Assembly (NCBI GenBank): GCA_963667035.1
Contig: OY762964.1
Coordinates: 256,001-320,000 of the forward strand
Source of the DNA: Candidatus Cloacimonadales bacterium
GTDB lineage: Bacteria; Cloacimonadota; Cloacimonadia; Cloacimonadales; JAFGVF01
Length of the DNA stretch: 64,000 nucleotides
Reading direction: 5' to 3'
Made by a program: the position numbers and the translations under genes. Below the pieces are notes generated by a model. That model was given only the letters and a program-made list of their open reading frames with translations, ran no database searches and was not told the DNA's origin. Of the stretch, positions 49,701-58,207 are shown piece by piece; the stretch's first letter is position 1, and every line of letters begins with the position of its first letter.

Positions 49701-52210
49701 TTGTATCCGTCAGGGAAGTTATCAGCAGGATTCCATGATAGTGTAGGCAATTCTGGAACAGATTCCGCTAGGTTAGCAGGTGCAATAGCTGTTGTAGCTA
49801 GGGGTAACTCATTGAATGTAGTAAAAGACCAAATAGGGCAATTAGATGCATTCCCATTTGGATTGTAAGGGATTACTTGCCAATAGTAAGTTACTCCTGC
49901 CTGCAAGCCTGCATAGCTCAAAGAAGTTGTATTTCCAACATCTTCAGTATTATAAACGTCGGTAGGGGGATTATCTGTTCCTAATGAGACATAGTAACCG
50001 GAAGTACCTTGAGTGGTATTCCATACTAAATCACCAGTCATTGCAACACCGGTTTCGGTATCGGTAGGAGAGATTAGTGTAGTAGGAGCAGGAGGTGCTG
50101 AATTATCATACAAAGCTATATCGTCTACGCAGATATCACCATAGAAATCTCCCGCGGTTTCCATTGCTCTGAAATCTATAATAACAGTTTGATTTATATA
50201 ATCTGCTAATGATACTTCATAATATGCCCATTCGGTTGCCCCGTCGGGATCGCTTATTACCGCTAAATCACTTGTTGTGTTACCGCCAACCGAAACATCA
50301 ATATTTATGGTTGATGTATTGGCTGCATCTCCTATCCAATAATTGAATGCAAGGATAGGGTTAGTGAGGCCCGATAAATTAAATGGGGGAGAATACAGAT
50401 GAGCAGGTATAGTATCGGGGTCAGAATCATCAACTCCGATATAGTAACCATTGTTACCTGTTGCTTCATTTGGAGCTCCATGCCCACCGAATTCATTATT
50501 TGCAAGTACCCAACTATCATCAACAGGATTTACTGTCCATTCAATAGGATATTCATCAGTATCGAAGGTCTGTGAATAAGGATAAGACGATACAGTCGCT
50601 TCAAATCCGGTTCCTGTAATGGTAACATCATGACTAATTCGTGTTACATCGTCAGTTATTGTTATGGTACTGCTTATAGGACCATCAACTACTGGATTAA
50701 AAATAACTTCGAAAGTACTTAAAATAGTAGAGTCAAGAGTTAATGGATAAGTGTTATTATCGACTAATGAGAAATTTGATGTATCATTAAGGACAACAGA
50801 AGATACATTAAGAGAACTTCCACCTATATTTTGCATAGTAATTGTTACAGGATCGGAAGATGCTTCAACGAATACAATTCCAAAGTCAATAGAATCAGGA
50901 TATACTGCTAATTCTCCGTTCGGGTTTACGTCCCCGAAGGTCAATCTTGTATTTGGAATAATGCTAGATGTTCCATTAGCTGTTAACGGAGAAACAGGAT
51001 CAGTATCTGTCGTATCATTGTAGTAGAAAATACTTCTTTGATCTGTTACGGTTGTTCCGTAGAATTCTTCTGTTGTAAGACCAAAATCTTGCTGATTTTC
51101 TTCAACAGCTATTACTAAATTATCAATATTATTATATACGAAAGGAGCTGTTAAATTGAATTCAATCCAACCATCAGCAGGAATTGTTGGTAATGGACCT
51201 GTATACACGACTTGGAATTGATCAATAGGGAGCCATGAATCATTTCCATTATAAGATGTGTTAGATGTGTGTCCCATATAAATAACCCACTCATTACAGT
51301 TGTTAAGTGTGTTATCCATATTGTAATGATAAGCTACTTTTTCAATTCTTCTACCCTGAACATCTATTTCACTTTGAAGATAAATGGTTTGGGTATAGGA
51401 ATAGCCATAATACGGTTCAATCGGAAGATGTGTATTTGTTTCAGTACCACTTCCTATTGTTAAGACATCGTCACCTAGAGTAGTTTGAAAAGTTAGATTT
51501 GCTATTGAGGTAGTGGTTGTTAGAGTATTATGACCAACAACTTTCCAATAATACCAAGTTCCCAGAGCTAAATCAGATGTGGGAGTATAGGAACCGTTTG
51601 CTCCTGCAACATCACCGCTGACAACCTGAGTTACAGGTGGATAGACAGTATCTAGATAAACATCATAAGTCTCAGTATTAGCTCCAAAATCCCAAGATAA
51701 AGTTGGTATTGTATCAACATTTACAGCTCCATTAACAGGTAAAATGTTTGAAATTTGAGCGGGAGCATCGGCATCATTAATGGTTCCTGCTTGATCAGCA
51801 ATAACATTCATGACATAAGAACCATTGTAAGTACTGTATCCTTCTACACAGATAAAGTAATCTACATAAGGATCAAGAGTCAAACCTGATAGCAGAGATG
51901 TTGAGTCGACACCACTGTCATCATCAGACCATAGTTCTGTATGATTCGAGTCATAAACTGTGAGGTAAGTATCAAATGATGATCCTGTTAGATCAATAGA
52001 AACATTTGTTAATTGAGTAACTGCATTGATTACATAGAATGCATCATTTGAATCGTAACCTATTACATTTGTTAAATTTGTTGTATCCCCTGTATCGTTG
52101 TATGGTAGTGCCGTAATTGGAACTGCCAAGTTGAAATCATCACCGCCTATAGCAAGTAAAGATCCCATTACAAGAATTGAGATGATAAAAAACACTAATT
52201 TCTTACTCAT
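46763..52210 (-). CDS. 1815-aa secreted adhesin-like protein (PPC-like, FN3-like, ASH/choice-of-anchor D, MAM-like, cleaved-adhesin/choice-of-anchor J, FlgD-type CTD)
   Basis: Signal peptide; repeated YYWQV.PYN..G.A.NCPIWSFTT; WTLLDVDG...NDDWLITP cleaved-adhesin motif; NYPNPFNPETTI...SSGVYFY. Confidence 0.85.
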   Translation of the reverse strand: MSKKLVFFIISILVMGSLLAIGGDDFNLAVPITALPYNDTGDTTNLTNVIGYDSNDAFYVINAVTQLTNVSIDLTGSSFDTYLTVYDSNHTELWSDDDSGVDSTSLLSGLTLDPYVDYFICVEGYSTYNGSYVMNVIADQAGTINDADAPAQISNILPVNGAVNVDTIPTLSWDFGANTETYDVYLDTVYPPVTQVVSGDVAGANGSYTPTSDLALGTWYYWKVVGHNTLTTTTSIANLTFQTTLGDDVLTIGSGTETNTHLPIEPYYGYSYTQTIYLQSEIDVQGRRIEKVAYHYNMDNTLNNCNEWVIYMGHTSNTSYNGNDSWLPIDQFQVVYTGPLPTIPADGWIEFNLTAPFVYNNIDNLVIAVEENQQDFGLTTEEFYGTTVTDQRSIFYYNDTTDTDPVSPLTANGTSSIIPNTRLTFGDVNPNGELAVYPDSIDFGIVFVEASSDPVTITMQNIGGSSLNVSSVVLNDTSNFSLVDNNTYPLTLDSTILSTFEVIFNPVVDGPISSTITITDDVTRISHDVTITGTGFEATVSSYPYSQTFDTDEYPIEWTVNPVDDSWVLANNEFGGHGAPNEATGNNGYYIGVDDSDPDTIPAHLYSPPFNLSGLTNPILAFNYWIGDAANTSTINIDVSVGGNTTSDLAVISDPDGATEWAYYEVSLADYINQTVIIDFRAMETAGDFYGDICVDDIALYDNSAPPAPTTLISPTDTETGVAMTGDLVWNTTQGTSGYYVSLGTDNPPTDVYNTEDVGNTTSLSYAGLQAGVTYYWQVIPYNPNGNASNCPIWSFTTFNELPLATTAIAPANLAESVPELPTLSWNPADNFPDGYKLYLGSDNPPTDINNGLDLGLVTSYEVTTPLQFETTYYWQIVPYNFVGDAINCPIWSFTTNSNQNYGGDGTLYGGYYFANSTDAGNGLGHQPLFEWVEISDNETTLNGANITTGSYDDGYWTVPIGFTFNFFGNDYTELSICSNGTIQFSNYNSNHVAHTNLAIPNSEAPNDLIAFLAMDSDPEDIPSTLTYGNDEEGNFVYTALMYDDYNDPAEYIDVQVILYQSGRIKIQYRNYVNPNGDIDLNSIIGDTCVGIENADGTIGHQYRNNGVGGPINDPMAICYAQTPGDLSDGGNGLMIPTDIEFNVVTVNDDSDVFQLRMRNFTDTTIVIANQPTLTGDDIDQFEITDNNTYPLSIAQGTQATMDIVFSPTSVGHKTGMLTIVDDFVPEEEVRNTYEISLHGYGFVQDTNDSSTQAIEFALYDDLVEEYEAIIQPETDVDWYVFWQTAPAELDIHTENANGSTIDLAAFLYGPYDEANMDIDEFSAVDFDDDSWNDNMNPHIVYNVPDDTEASGFYYLRIARSDNSPEEEEVRVSKNDSFAGSNKNTLTSSINKAKAKDNQILEQHPEPTEPTTRWSTGDYKLWISTDNPVRPSGFDEPINLAYTITYQGVNLTWGAPIPATRQLEGYNVYRDDSIINTDPVTSLFYLDTTPVIDETYEYKITAIYSAPAGESVASDSVMVTFIGVDPPIIAEDFESYDDFATSMQYWTLLDVDGEDTFGFTNGISFPGDTDPMSFIIFNPSSTTPPLQFADAFSGDKYGACFSAESGPNDDWLITPKIQLTNETAYLNFKVRSYTTQFGPELIEVAISNGGNEPEDFTVISGDSPIEASQEWSLHHIELDNYATQLIRVAFHCISDETFFLMIDDIEVMNNGATLDSHGQVAIPDRTALCGNYPNPFNPETTINFDLKENSPVTIDVYNIKGQRIATVADGDFNAGHHSVVWNGIDNNGKQVSSGVYFYKMHSGTYTKSRKMILIK

Positions 52211-52590
52211 AAATTCCTCCTTAAATAAGAAATCCTTTCATCAATAAATAATGCACTGGAATTGATTATTTTTCTCCCTATGCATCAATAACGTTTACCC
52301 ATCTCAGCTAACCACAGCAATTCTCATAGTTTGGAATAATACTGTCAAACCATTTTTTTGAAGAAGTTTATATCCTATATTATCTTTTGAAGTAAGCAAA
52401 TCCTGAATAAACGATTGTAACTAATAGTGAGCGTCATTTGGAAGATAATTATTTCTTTATGAAAAATTTGTACTTGTAAGATATTTTGAGTTCTGTTTAT
52501 CTAGTCTAAGCAGGCAATTTATCAAGAATTATCTTTACTAGTAAATATTTATGTGGAATTATTGATTAATTACTTTTATTAGGAGGAATC

Positions 52591-52872
52591 ATGATTAAAA
52601 AAATCATCATTGTACTTTTGATTGTATCCATGTTTCTTATGCTCTCCGGTTGCTTTGCAGGGACAAAGGATTCAGATGATAAACCCGCTGGATTTTTCTT
52701 AGGTATCTGGCATGGTTGGATAGCACCACTTTCTCTTATACTAGAGGTCTTTAGCTCAACAATAAAAATCTATGAGCCTCACAATCGAGGTTTTCTCTAT
52801 GACCTTGGATTCTATATGGCAATTATTGCCGGTTTTGGAGGATTATCACTTATAAGAAAGTCAAAGAAATAG
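52591..52872 (+). CDS. Small membrane lipoprotein-like hypothetical protein
   Basis: AGGAGG RBS; LSGC lipobox; PAGFFLGIWHG...IYE..N.G..YDLGF. Confidence 0.8.
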   Translation: MIKKIIIVLLIVSMFLMLSGCFAGTKDSDDKPAGFFLGIWHGWIAPLSLILEVFSSTIKIYEPHNRGFLYDLGFYMAIIAGFGGLSLIRKSKK

Positions 52873-52922
52873 TTTGTCTTCAATCAACAACACTTAAGAT
52901 ACTTTTCATCAAAGGAGATTCA

Positions 52923-54038
52923 ATGAACTGTCCGATTTGTTTCTCAGAACTAGAACCCAAGCATGATGATAACCATATACTATATCACTGTCCAAGATGT
53001 GAACTGGCCTATACAAGCATTACATACTTGAAGAACAATGGCAAGAAGGAGAAGAATCTACTCCACTTAAGGAACAAGATTCTCTCAGAAGGTAGAGAAT
53101 CGCATGCTTGTCCTAATTGTAATAGAACGATGAAAGGACTCAAAATCCCTGAATTCAACGGTGAACCTGAGGTTGAGGTTTGCAAGATGTGTAACTATTT
53201 CTTTATGCCGGATGGTGCGGTTTCTGAGCTTCCAAATGATCTTCGTAAAGCAAGGGATAACGTTCCTGTCAGTAAATCCACAGAAAGGAAAGCAGTTCAT
53301 TCTCATCGAACAATGGACATAGCTAAAACTAAAAGGTATGAGTACTCCAGTACTATTGAAAGAGCCGGTACTATAAGGCAACTATTTTTCCCGGAGATGA
53401 TTAATCCCCCGAATATTTCTACTCCTGCATATATTACTTACATTTATACATTAGGAACTATCCTAGTTTCATTACTAGTGCTGTTTAAGGTTATTCCATA
53501 TTTCAAAAATGATTATTCGGATGTACAGAATGTTCTTACATCATTCTTTGTATTCAGGAATATGGTCCATGTTTTGTATCTTTATTTCTTTATTTTGATG
53601 GGATATTATGTGGAAGCTGTACTTGGAAGAATTATATACATTATCCTAATTTGCTCAGGGTTCTTAATCAATCTGTTTTTAGGATCAACTTTATCCCAAT
53701 GGCATATTACAGGTCCGGATATGGTAATAGGCTTAACTATTTTTACTTTTGTATTCCTTTTCCCATTCAAAGAATTCGACACCGGTTCGATAATATTTTT
53801 AAGAGCTTATTATTTTAGGGTGCAGGCTTGGATTATGGTTACATTCTTTATTATAGTTAGAGTATTTACAAGACATCTACAGGGAAGAAACTTATCTTTT
53901 TTTGAACAGTTTACTTGGTTGGTTATCTCGCTAACAGTTTCATTTGTTTTAGTTCAAATTTTGGGAGGTCGCAAGGTAGCTTTAACCCGTAAGGGTATAG
54001 AAGCTGAAGATAATCCTGCTTGCACTTCAAAAGATTAG
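52923..54038 (+). CDS. Zinc-ribbon (zf-TFIIB-like) and rhomboid-like membrane protein with catalytic residues apparently lost
   Basis: Four CxxC pairs at the N-terminus; TM region follows the rhomboid pattern (LTSFF...VEAVLG...LFP...RVQAW). Confidence 0.6.
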   Translation: MNCPICFSELEPKHDDNHILYHCPRCELAYTSITYLKNNGKKEKNLLHLRNKILSEGRESHACPNCNRTMKGLKIPEFNGEPEVEVCKMCNYFFMPDGAVSELPNDLRKARDNVPVSKSTERKAVHSHRTMDIAKTKRYEYSSTIERAGTIRQLFFPEMINPPNISTPAYITYIYTLGTILVSLLVLFKVIPYFKNDYSDVQNVLTSFFVFRNMVHVLYLYFFILMGYYVEAVLGRIIYIILICSGFLINLFLGSTLSQWHITGPDMVIGLTIFTFVFLFPFKEFDTGSIIFLRAYYFRVQAWIMVTFFIIVRVFTRHLQGRNLSFFEQFTWLVISLTVSFVLVQILGGRKVALTRKGIEAEDNPACTSKD

Positions 54039-54124
54039 TGTAAATATAACTTATTCTCAGTATATGGTTTGACAGATAACCCTATTCTTATTTCTTTGCC
54101 GAAATACCACTAAAGGAGTACTAA

Positions 54125-54871
54125 ATGGAAAATAAAGTTTTAGCTAAAGTTAACGGTAAAGAGATTACTCAGAACGATGTCAACATCTTCATCGAAAGAT
54201 TAGGACCACAGCACGCAGCTCAATTTCAGGGTGAAGCAGGACAGAAACAAATTCTTGATGAACTCGTGAATCAGAGCCTTTTTTGTGCCGATGCTGTTGA
54301 AAATAAAATCAACGAAACTGATGCTTACAAAGATGAAATGGCAAAGATGAGTGACATGGTTCTCACTCAGATTAATGTTTCTAACCTTGTTAACTCAATT
54401 CAAGTAACTGATGAAGAAGCAGCTAATTATTTTGAAATGGCAAAAGCTAACTTTGCTCAACCTGCAACAGCAGATACAAGTCACATTCTTGTAGCTGATG
54501 AAGAAACATGTAAAGATTTAAGAAACAAGATTATAAATGAAGAGATCTCATTCGAAGATGCAGCAAAAGAACACTCATCATGCCCATCAAAGGATAATGG
54601 TGGACGTTTAGGAAGCTACCCTAAAGGTCAGATGGTTCCCGAGTATGATGCAGTTTCATTTGAGATGAGTGAAGGTGAAATCAGTGAACCTGTCCAAACT
54701 CAGTTTGGTTATCACCTTATTCGCTTAAACAGCAAAACCGAGGGTGGAGAAGCTGTTTATGAAGAAGTTAAAGACAGAGTTCAAAAAGAACTTCTTACTC
54801 AGAAGCAGCGTGAAGCTTATGTTGCGAAAATTGCTGATATGAAAGCTAAGCATAGTGTAGAATATCTTTAA
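54125..54871 (+). CDS. Cytoplasmic PpiC-type peptidyl-prolyl isomerase
   Basis: LAKVNGKEIT, SHILV, FEDAAKEHSSCPSKDNGGRLG, GQMVPE and VQTQFGYHLI motifs. Confidence 0.93.
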   Translation: MENKVLAKVNGKEITQNDVNIFIERLGPQHAAQFQGEAGQKQILDELVNQSLFCADAVENKINETDAYKDEMAKMSDMVLTQINVSNLVNSIQVTDEEAANYFEMAKANFAQPATADTSHILVADEETCKDLRNKIINEEISFEDAAKEHSSCPSKDNGGRLGSYPKGQMVPEYDAVSFEMSEGEISEPVQTQFGYHLIRLNSKTEGGEAVYEEVKDRVQKELLTQKQREAYVAKIADMKAKHSVEYL

Positions 54872-54894
54872 TAGATTACTAATTGTTTAGATTT

Positions 54895-54921
54895 AAGGCA
54901 GAGTGATAAGCTCTGCCTTTT
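54895..54921 (+). terminator. Intrinsic terminator after the PPIase gene
   Basis: AAGGCAGAG-TGATAAG-CTCTGCCTTTT. Confidence 0.85.
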
Positions 54922-55037
54922 ATATTTGAAAGTTTCTTATACCAATAGTATTGCAGTGGAAGTCATACTGCAATCTACGGATAACCAATGGTTTCCCTTG
55001 ATTGGGTTTCGTTGCCTCATTGATGCAATAACTTAAT

Positions 55038-55077
55038 AGAAAAGAGCTTACTAACAAATTTATTAGTAAGCTCTCTT
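55038..55077 (-). terminator. Hairpin terminator, probably the original one for the dnaE-GWxTD operon
   Basis: AGAGCTTACTAA-N8-TTAGTAAGCTCT with a T-tract on the minus strand. Confidence 0.7.
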
Positions 55078-55084
55078 AATGTGT

Positions 55085-55792
55085 AACGAAATCCACCTGC
55101 TCTGCAGGTGGTTCCCCAAAGCTTTAGCTATGCACAAAAATTCCTCCATCGTAACTTTGTAGTGTCAGCTGCAAAATAAACAAAGGAGGAGTAATGGATA
55201 ATAGTACATTATCACATACTACATGGAATTGTAAATACCACATAGTCTTTTCACCTAAGTATCGACGACAGGTAATTTATCGCAAACTAAAAAAAGATAT
55301 TGGTGAGATACTGCGAGTATTATGTGAACGGAAACAGATTGAAATCATTGAATCAGAGGCTTGCCCCGATCACATTCACATGTTGATAAAAATACCACCG
55401 AAATATAGTGTTTCATCAATAATGGGATATCTTAAAGGTAAGAGTAGCCTGATGATTTTTTGACCGACATGCTCAACTGAAATACAAGTATGGTCAACGT
55501 CGATTTTGGTGTCGAGGCTACTTTGTCGATACCGTTGGCAAAAATGAACAGCGAATAGCAAATTATGTCAGGTCACAACTCCAAGAAGATGTACTCTCTG
55601 ATTAGATGACAATCAAAGAGTTTATTGACCCGTTTACGGGTAAGCAAGAAAACTAAGGCATTCAAATAACCCCTTTAGGGGTATCCGGAAATAGTTGTGC
55701 AGCTGACATTTTCTCAGAGGGCGAGAGCCTGGTCAGTGTCTGCCCTTATAGGGCGAGTCCAAACCACCAGCTGAGCTGGTGGTCATGATTGA
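55085..55792 (+). mobile_element. IS200/IS605 family element (tnpA only); boundaries approximate
   Basis: Subterminal hairpins CCACCTGC-TCT-GCAGGTGG (55093-55111) and ACCACCAGC-TGA-GCTGGTGGT (55763-55783) flank a Y1 transposase. Confidence 0.88.
55194..55656 (+). pseudogene. tnpA: IS200 Y1/HUH transposase pseudogene
   Basis: CKYHIVFSPKYRR and DHIHML motifs; extra T near 55461 breaks MIF-DRHAQLKYKYG..FWCRGY; in-frame TAG at 55603 before MTIKEFIDPFTG. Confidence 0.9.
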
Positions 55793-55803
55793 TAAGATTA
55801 TTT

Positions 55804-57129
55804 CTATTCCATGTCACTGACGTCAAAGTCAGATCCCATATATTCTTTCCACTTTGGGTCAGATGATTCATTTTCGTCATTTAAGACATGGACGATTCTG
55901 TAATTCTTGTTCATTTGCATATCTAGGAAGAGATAAGATGGTCGGTTTTTACTTTCATACTTCCAGATTTCATAATCTTTCTTTACTAGATATGTTCCTT
56001 CGGCAGTAGTTTGTCCGATGATGATTTCATCAGGTTCTCCATGAAGAATATATATTCTTCCTCTATCAGTCAGCCAACCTCTCTTGAATTTGTAATCATA
56101 TTTTGAAGAGTCAGCAACTCTCTTACGAAGGAAGCTAATATAATCTTCAATTTCCATCCGATTTTCTATAGCTTTTTGTGTCCAAAACTTAGTAGCGAAG
56201 CGCTTCTTAGCATCTGGAGAATTGAGTCTATGCCATCTTGAAGTTTCGTTGTTATTACCGAAGTACTTTATTAGCACATATTCATCTTCTAATTTTTCTG
56301 TTACAGTATAAATATCACGTTTGATTCTTTTTATAACTAAATAGCTATTTGCTAGCATGTTATTTTCTGTATCCTTAATAACAATTTCATAAAAACCGTT
56401 ATCAAACTTGTTTAACTTTATAGGGAATGCACCGCTAGAGTCTTCTTTAAGCTTTAGCGATTTGACTAACTCATCCTTTCTATAAATCTCTAATTTACTA
56501 GATGTTAAGTCAAAATCTGGTTTGGTATCAATGCTAAGATAAGCATGTTCTGTAGTTTGTAGATCTATGATATGGGAAGGTTCAACTTTATAAATAAATC
56601 CCTCTCTTTGAAATTTCTTGAGATAATCACTTTTAGCTGGAATCACTTTAGATGAAATCTCAATATCACCAACTAGAGCATCTTTAGCCAAAGCAATCAA
56701 CTCTGTTTCCCATTCAAATTCACTAGTTGTTGATGGTTCGGTGAATACTAATCTTAAACCAACATCATCGCCTTTAAAGGTATAATTAAGCTTATCCAGA
56801 TAACCTTTATCGCTTAGTTGAGTATCAAATTCATTAGACACTGCAATATGAAAAGTATTTGTTGTATTATAAAATATAGAATCTGCTTTAGTGAAAGTAA
56901 TATCAAGATCAACAACCGAAACAAAATAGTTTTCCCTTTTTTCAAATTCTAATGAGTTATAAGGGATATAGAAATTGATATCAAAAGAAGTTTTATCAGC
57001 TATATTGAATGATCGAACCAGTTCAATTTGCATTGGTAACTCTATAGCTATTGCTATAGATGAAAAAATAAGAAATACAAATAGGAGACTAATACTCATC
57101 TTGTGTATTTTGTAATTCATAATCACCAA
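55804..57129 (-). CDS. GWxTD domain protein (exported)
   Basis: GWLTDRGRIYILHGEPD motif; signal peptide; start may be slightly downstream. Confidence 0.85.
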   Translation of the reverse strand: MVIMNYKIHKMSISLLFVFLIFSSIAIAIELPMQIELVRSFNIADKTSFDINFYIPYNSLEFEKRENYFVSVVDLDITFTKADSIFYNTTNTFHIAVSNEFDTQLSDKGYLDKLNYTFKGDDVGLRLVFTEPSTTSEFEWETELIALAKDALVGDIEISSKVIPAKSDYLKKFQREGFIYKVEPSHIIDLQTTEHAYLSIDTKPDFDLTSSKLEIYRKDELVKSLKLKEDSSGAFPIKLNKFDNGFYEIVIKDTENNMLANSYLVIKRIKRDIYTVTEKLEDEYVLIKYFGNNNETSRWHRLNSPDAKKRFATKFWTQKAIENRMEIEDYISFLRKRVADSSKYDYKFKRGWLTDRGRIYILHGEPDEIIIGQTTAEGTYLVKKDYEIWKYESKNRPSYLFLDMQMNKNYRIVHVLNDENESSDPKWKEYMGSDFDVSDME

Positions 57130-58207
57130 ATCCTTTTATGTCCTGAAACAGGAAATTTTTGTTAATGTTGTAATAGTACCAAATGATGTATGGCTTAGTT
57201 CCTATTGGTAGAGCTTCTTTCAAGATTTCATCAGGCTCTCCGTATTTTATGAGAATTCTACCTCTGTCAGTCATCCATCCCTTTTTATATTTTCTAAATG
57301 AAAATCTGTTATCTGCTTCAATAACTCTTTTGTAAAAAGTTGAACGCATACTTTCCGGACCTGCATCTGTTTCACTATAGGCATCCCAGAATTTATTAAT
57401 TCCTGCCTCTATTTCATTATCTTTCTTAAGCTTTCTGAGATGCCTCCACTGATTCTGGGTTGTGATATAGCGTAATTGAGCAAGTTTGTGTTTCCAAGAA
57501 TAGAGTCCTGAATAGAGAACTTCAACTTGCTTGCTTCCCAGAGTCAGTCTAGTAGTCTGACCCTTAAGATTGAAAACAAAATGACTTGAAGGATTCAATT
57601 GCTGCCTAATCTCTTTTTTAGGAGAATAAACAATTAAGGTGTCCGATTCTATATCAATAGAAAGACTATCATTACATTGCAGTGATATAGCATCCGGAGT
57701 AAATTTAAATGCAAAATAGAAAACTAATTCCTGTAGGGAACCATATTGCTTAATATCATCTACAATCTGCATTGTGAAAGGATTGACTGCAATAGGTGCT
57801 ACATAGTCTACGGAACTATTAATTTTAAAACTAACGCTGTCTTTAAATCTATTTCCTAAAGCGTCATTGAAGAAATTGAAGTAAAGGGTATAATTACCCT
57901 TTGATAACGTTGTATTGTAAATTGAGATAAAGGTTTCACGTTTTCTAAAATTATCATCATGAATGATAATATCACGAAAGTCTCTGTAAACAACTTGTTC
58001 ATCTTCATTCTCTATCGTTATTGCTATACCGTTTTTTGAGATGTTAATGCCATTGGGAAAATTTATATAATCTCCATTAAGATATAAGACTAATCTCTGA
58101 TAATTCCCCAAGTTATCTACTTTTATAGATTGGGCTGATAGCAAAGAAAATCCTAACAATAAAGCAATGATTATTAAATATGTATATATCTTCATTCTAT
58201 TCATCAA
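57089..58207 (-). CDS. GWxTD domain protein (exported)
   Basis: RVIEADNRF...GWMTDRGRILIKYGEPD; signal peptide from MKIY (58195). Confidence 0.85.
   Translation of the reverse strand: MMNRMKIYTYLIIIALLLGFSLLSAQSIKVDNLGNYQRLVLYLNGDYINFPNGINISKNGIAITIENEDEQVVYRDFRDIIIHDDNFRKRETFISIYNTTLSKGNYTLYFNFFNDALGNRFKDSVSFKINSSVDYVAPIAVNPFTMQIVDDIKQYGSLQELVFYFAFKFTPDAISLQCNDSLSIDIESDTLIVYSPKKEIRQQLNPSSHFVFNLKGQTTRLTLGSKQVEVLYSGLYSWKHKLAQLRYITTQNQWRHLRKLKKDNEIEAGINKFWDAYSETDAGPESMRSTFYKRVIEADNRFSFRKYKKGWMTDRGRILIKYGEPDEILKEALPIGTKPYIIWYYYNINKNFLFQDIKGFGDYELQNTQDEY

Noticed and set aside
52211..52590. Riboswitch upstream of the 1815-aa adhesin
   Set aside because: A TTGACA-like promoter and weak stems are present, but I recognise no aptamer consensus or terminator
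55603..55605. TAG read-through or recoding (pyrrolysine, alternative code) in tnpA
   Set aside because: TAG ends many normal genes in this window, and the same gene also has a frameshift, so decay is the simpler explanation
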